A stretch of 64,000 bases of DNA from Catajapyx aquilonaris. Taxonomy: Eukaryota. The stretch lies in contig KZ538191.1 of the NCBI GenBank assembly GCA_000934665.2, forward strand, positions 1-64,000, read 5' to 3'. Positions 61,401-64,000 of this stretch are shown one piece after another. A program made the translations under genes and the position numbers. Position 1 is the stretch's first letter; each line of letters starts with the position of its first letter. Below the pieces are notes generated by a model. That model saw nothing but the letters and a program-made list of their open reading frames with translations. It was not told the DNA's origin and did no database searches.

Positions 61401-64000
61401 CTACAAGTTTCTGTACATTGAAAAGGCGGAGACAGTCATACAGCCTGTTTTTGTGTAATATAGGGTCGAGGGCCTGTGTTTAAAGGTTGGAAGTTTCATA
61501 ACATTAGAGAGATTGAAAAGGCCGGGCATTGATTATTGGAATGGTGAGGCGTTCTGCGCATGTATATGGACTGTATACAAATTATACAAAATCACGCCAG
61601 AAATTATCTGAAAAATATTAAAGAAGTTATGAAATTAATTATCAATATCTCATTGATTTAGAATAATATTCAATAAAATTGTCACACATTGTACTTTTTG
61701 CCTACTGTATTTGTGCGGGGTAAGGATTGACTCCGGATATATTGAGAAAAGTGCAGCATTTGAACCGTTTCCATTACAGAAAAACATGGTACAGGTAACC
61801 CTCGAGGATCTTCCTGCCGCATTGGCATCGACGTGAAAGGCAGTTTCTCCGATATAAACTCCCAACACAAATTCAATCCGGGGTCTCTGTAGGGCCACCG
61901 CACAAGTCCAGTGTACCATACTTTGTCTGATTGGCCTCCGAATAAAAATTGGATTGTGCCTTTTTTTTTTACAAAATGAGAAAAAAAGGGCTATAGATCG
62001 ATCCATGGTACGGTGCGGAAACAAGATGAGTGATTGGATTCCATTTCGTTGAATGTCACGCCAGGACAAGATCGATTGTTGGACCTATTAATGTGCGAGG
62101 AGCCATCAGACATGCAGATCCACGCACCTTGAAAGGCGCCTTTCAACAAGACATGTCTGAAAATCGTGCCGGGCCTAAATTGCCAACACATTTGTGCCCT
62201 GTAGTCGTTGAAATAAGTAAGGTAGCAGACCTGAAATTATCATCCAAGAGAGCAATAAGTTACTTATTTCACTCGAAAAACCCGAGCGAACAGCGATAGA
62301 ATGATCAATTCCCTCTCTCACCCACCAGAGGCGCTGTCCCCACCCCCATTGCGCATGGGTAGAACGCGGGCCAATAGGAAGCGTCGCGGTAACAATATGT
62401 GGCGGACCAATCAAAGGACTCGACCATGAATACGACTTTAATATTATATATTTATTTTATTTAAATACTTGTAATATACGAGCACTTCAATTGGACGTGA
62501 CAGCCCATCTTTCAAGACAAATTCCTGCAGCGAAATGAACACGTTTAGAGCGTAGCAGAAAGCGAGTCCAAATTCCGTTTGCATTGTGAGGAATCCGTCG
62601 GACATGATGTGTCAGACCACAATAGATGCCAGGAAGACTAATGGCGGAAATTTCTCCAAAGCGCGGACCCAGTACATCATTTCCTTTTACCCAAAATCCA
62701 AACTAGGGAAGAGATTATTTATTCGCAGGGTTTTCTGGCGCCCTATGACTAGCTACTGCTGCACATCAGGAGAAGAAAATATGTCTGGAAGCACAAGACT
62801 TGGTGGTGCTTCTGGTTAGAGATGATGGTTGGTGGGTTATTGGCTCTCATCGTCCTTCAGACTGATGCTGGCCTTGGAGCGATGAAGAAGAGTGCCTTGC
62901 TTTGTCACGTCCCGAAGATCACTGGTGGTCGACCCAAAGGGAAAAGAGGAGGGCAATGGCACTTATATACAGGACGTGGTCTGTAATGTTTGAGGATCAT
63001 ACCGTTGGGAAAACTGTTAAAACAATACCCACTCTTTTTATTATTTGACAACCTGCTTGTCATATCTATCCCAATAATGTCAAAAAAAGCAATTGGTTCG
63101 AACTATGTCACACACCTGACTCGTTCTTTCCAATCAGCGTCACTATTCAACATCTTTTGTGGTCGTGTTGCCTTTGGAGACACCCGGTGCAATGCAATGG
63201 CTTGGATGGCGGATCGTTATGTGAAATTACATGCTGGATCTCATCAAAAGGGGAGGCTGAGAAGGGGGGGGGGACACTAGGCGTCTGGTGAGTGACGGCA
63301 GCCCCTTTCCTTGAGACTTGAACGTTGCCTTAGAAATGAGTTCCTGCAACTTGCCCCAAGGAACAAGTCTTCTGTCGTCTTGCTCCAGCGAAAGGGATGG
63401 ACGTGGAAACGAAGCTAATCTTTCAAAGTCTTCCTTTATACAGGGTGGTACACTGCCCGTGTGCTCAAAAAGTGCTAAAAATCGCTAAGGTGGACAATAA
63501 TATATCGATATTTGTGGGTGAAAGCATGGTTGCCAGATCTGTCACTTTTGTATTAAAAAAATTGCTGTGTGTGATATTACTGCAGTACATTACGGAACAC
63601 CCTGTCTTCCTTTCAACAGCAAGTGCTGATTCCGATATCCCTCACCTTCTTTGCATCCTTTTCTACTGCGACAGTGCAGATAAGTAGACCCCGAGATGCG
63701 TCAATAAGCCGATAGGGTCCTAGGGTCCAGCCTTTTTTTTACCATTCTGCGAACGGAAGCAGCTCAGAAGAGGTTTCCGATGATGCAGCAAGCAATTATC
63801 TTAATGAGCGCAATTACTTTCCGTGTCCTGGACCGAGGGAAATGGGCGTTCCTGAATAGATGGGACCCAATTTTATGCGCGTCCATTCAGAGGGGGATTA
63901 TGACTTTGAAGTTTCAGGTATGTCCCAGCAACATCATTGTATAGTTATAGTACCCGTTGTATATACTATCTGACAACATTTTTGTCGATTCCTTATCTTC

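Noticed and set aside
62321..62336. CCACCAGAGGCGCTG (also at ~26874) as CTCF sites
   Set aside because: One G short of the consensus core spacing; two occurrences are not enough to call.
63220..63860. Possible minus-strand exons near the window end (e.g. LEQDDRRLVPWGKLQELISK)
   Set aside because: I could not build a phase-consistent model or recognise homology. A gene entering from beyond the window is not excluded.

Overview
Eukaryotic (arthropod-type) genomic DNA with short GT-AG introns, N-gapped poly-G/C tracts and many MITEs. I assembled five spliced genes by hand. (1) Suppressor of Hairless/CSL (+, ~12.2-35.8 kb, at least 10 coding exons). Its long N-terminus carries a CtBP-type PVDLS motif and a GSLTPPDKV Groucho-type motif, and there is a candidate alternative His-rich first exon at ~21 kb that would skip the CtBP motif. 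(2) An unrecognised three-exon gene on the - strand (38432-37496, ~264 aa), convergent with Su(H) and head-to-head with SAS-6. (3) SAS-6. (4) A GT43 glucuronosyltransferase (GlcAT-S-like). (5) A MEIG1 homolog. Upstream of Su(H) lie a cluster of Su(H) binding sites and a perfect inverted site pair, suggesting autoregulation. From 48 to 64 kb the window is mostly non-coding, with repeats and palindromes. No rRNA, tRNA, CRISPR array or autonomous transposase was seen. The Su(H) start codon and the organism cannot be fixed from the sequence alone, and all family assignments come from recalled sequences, not database searches.
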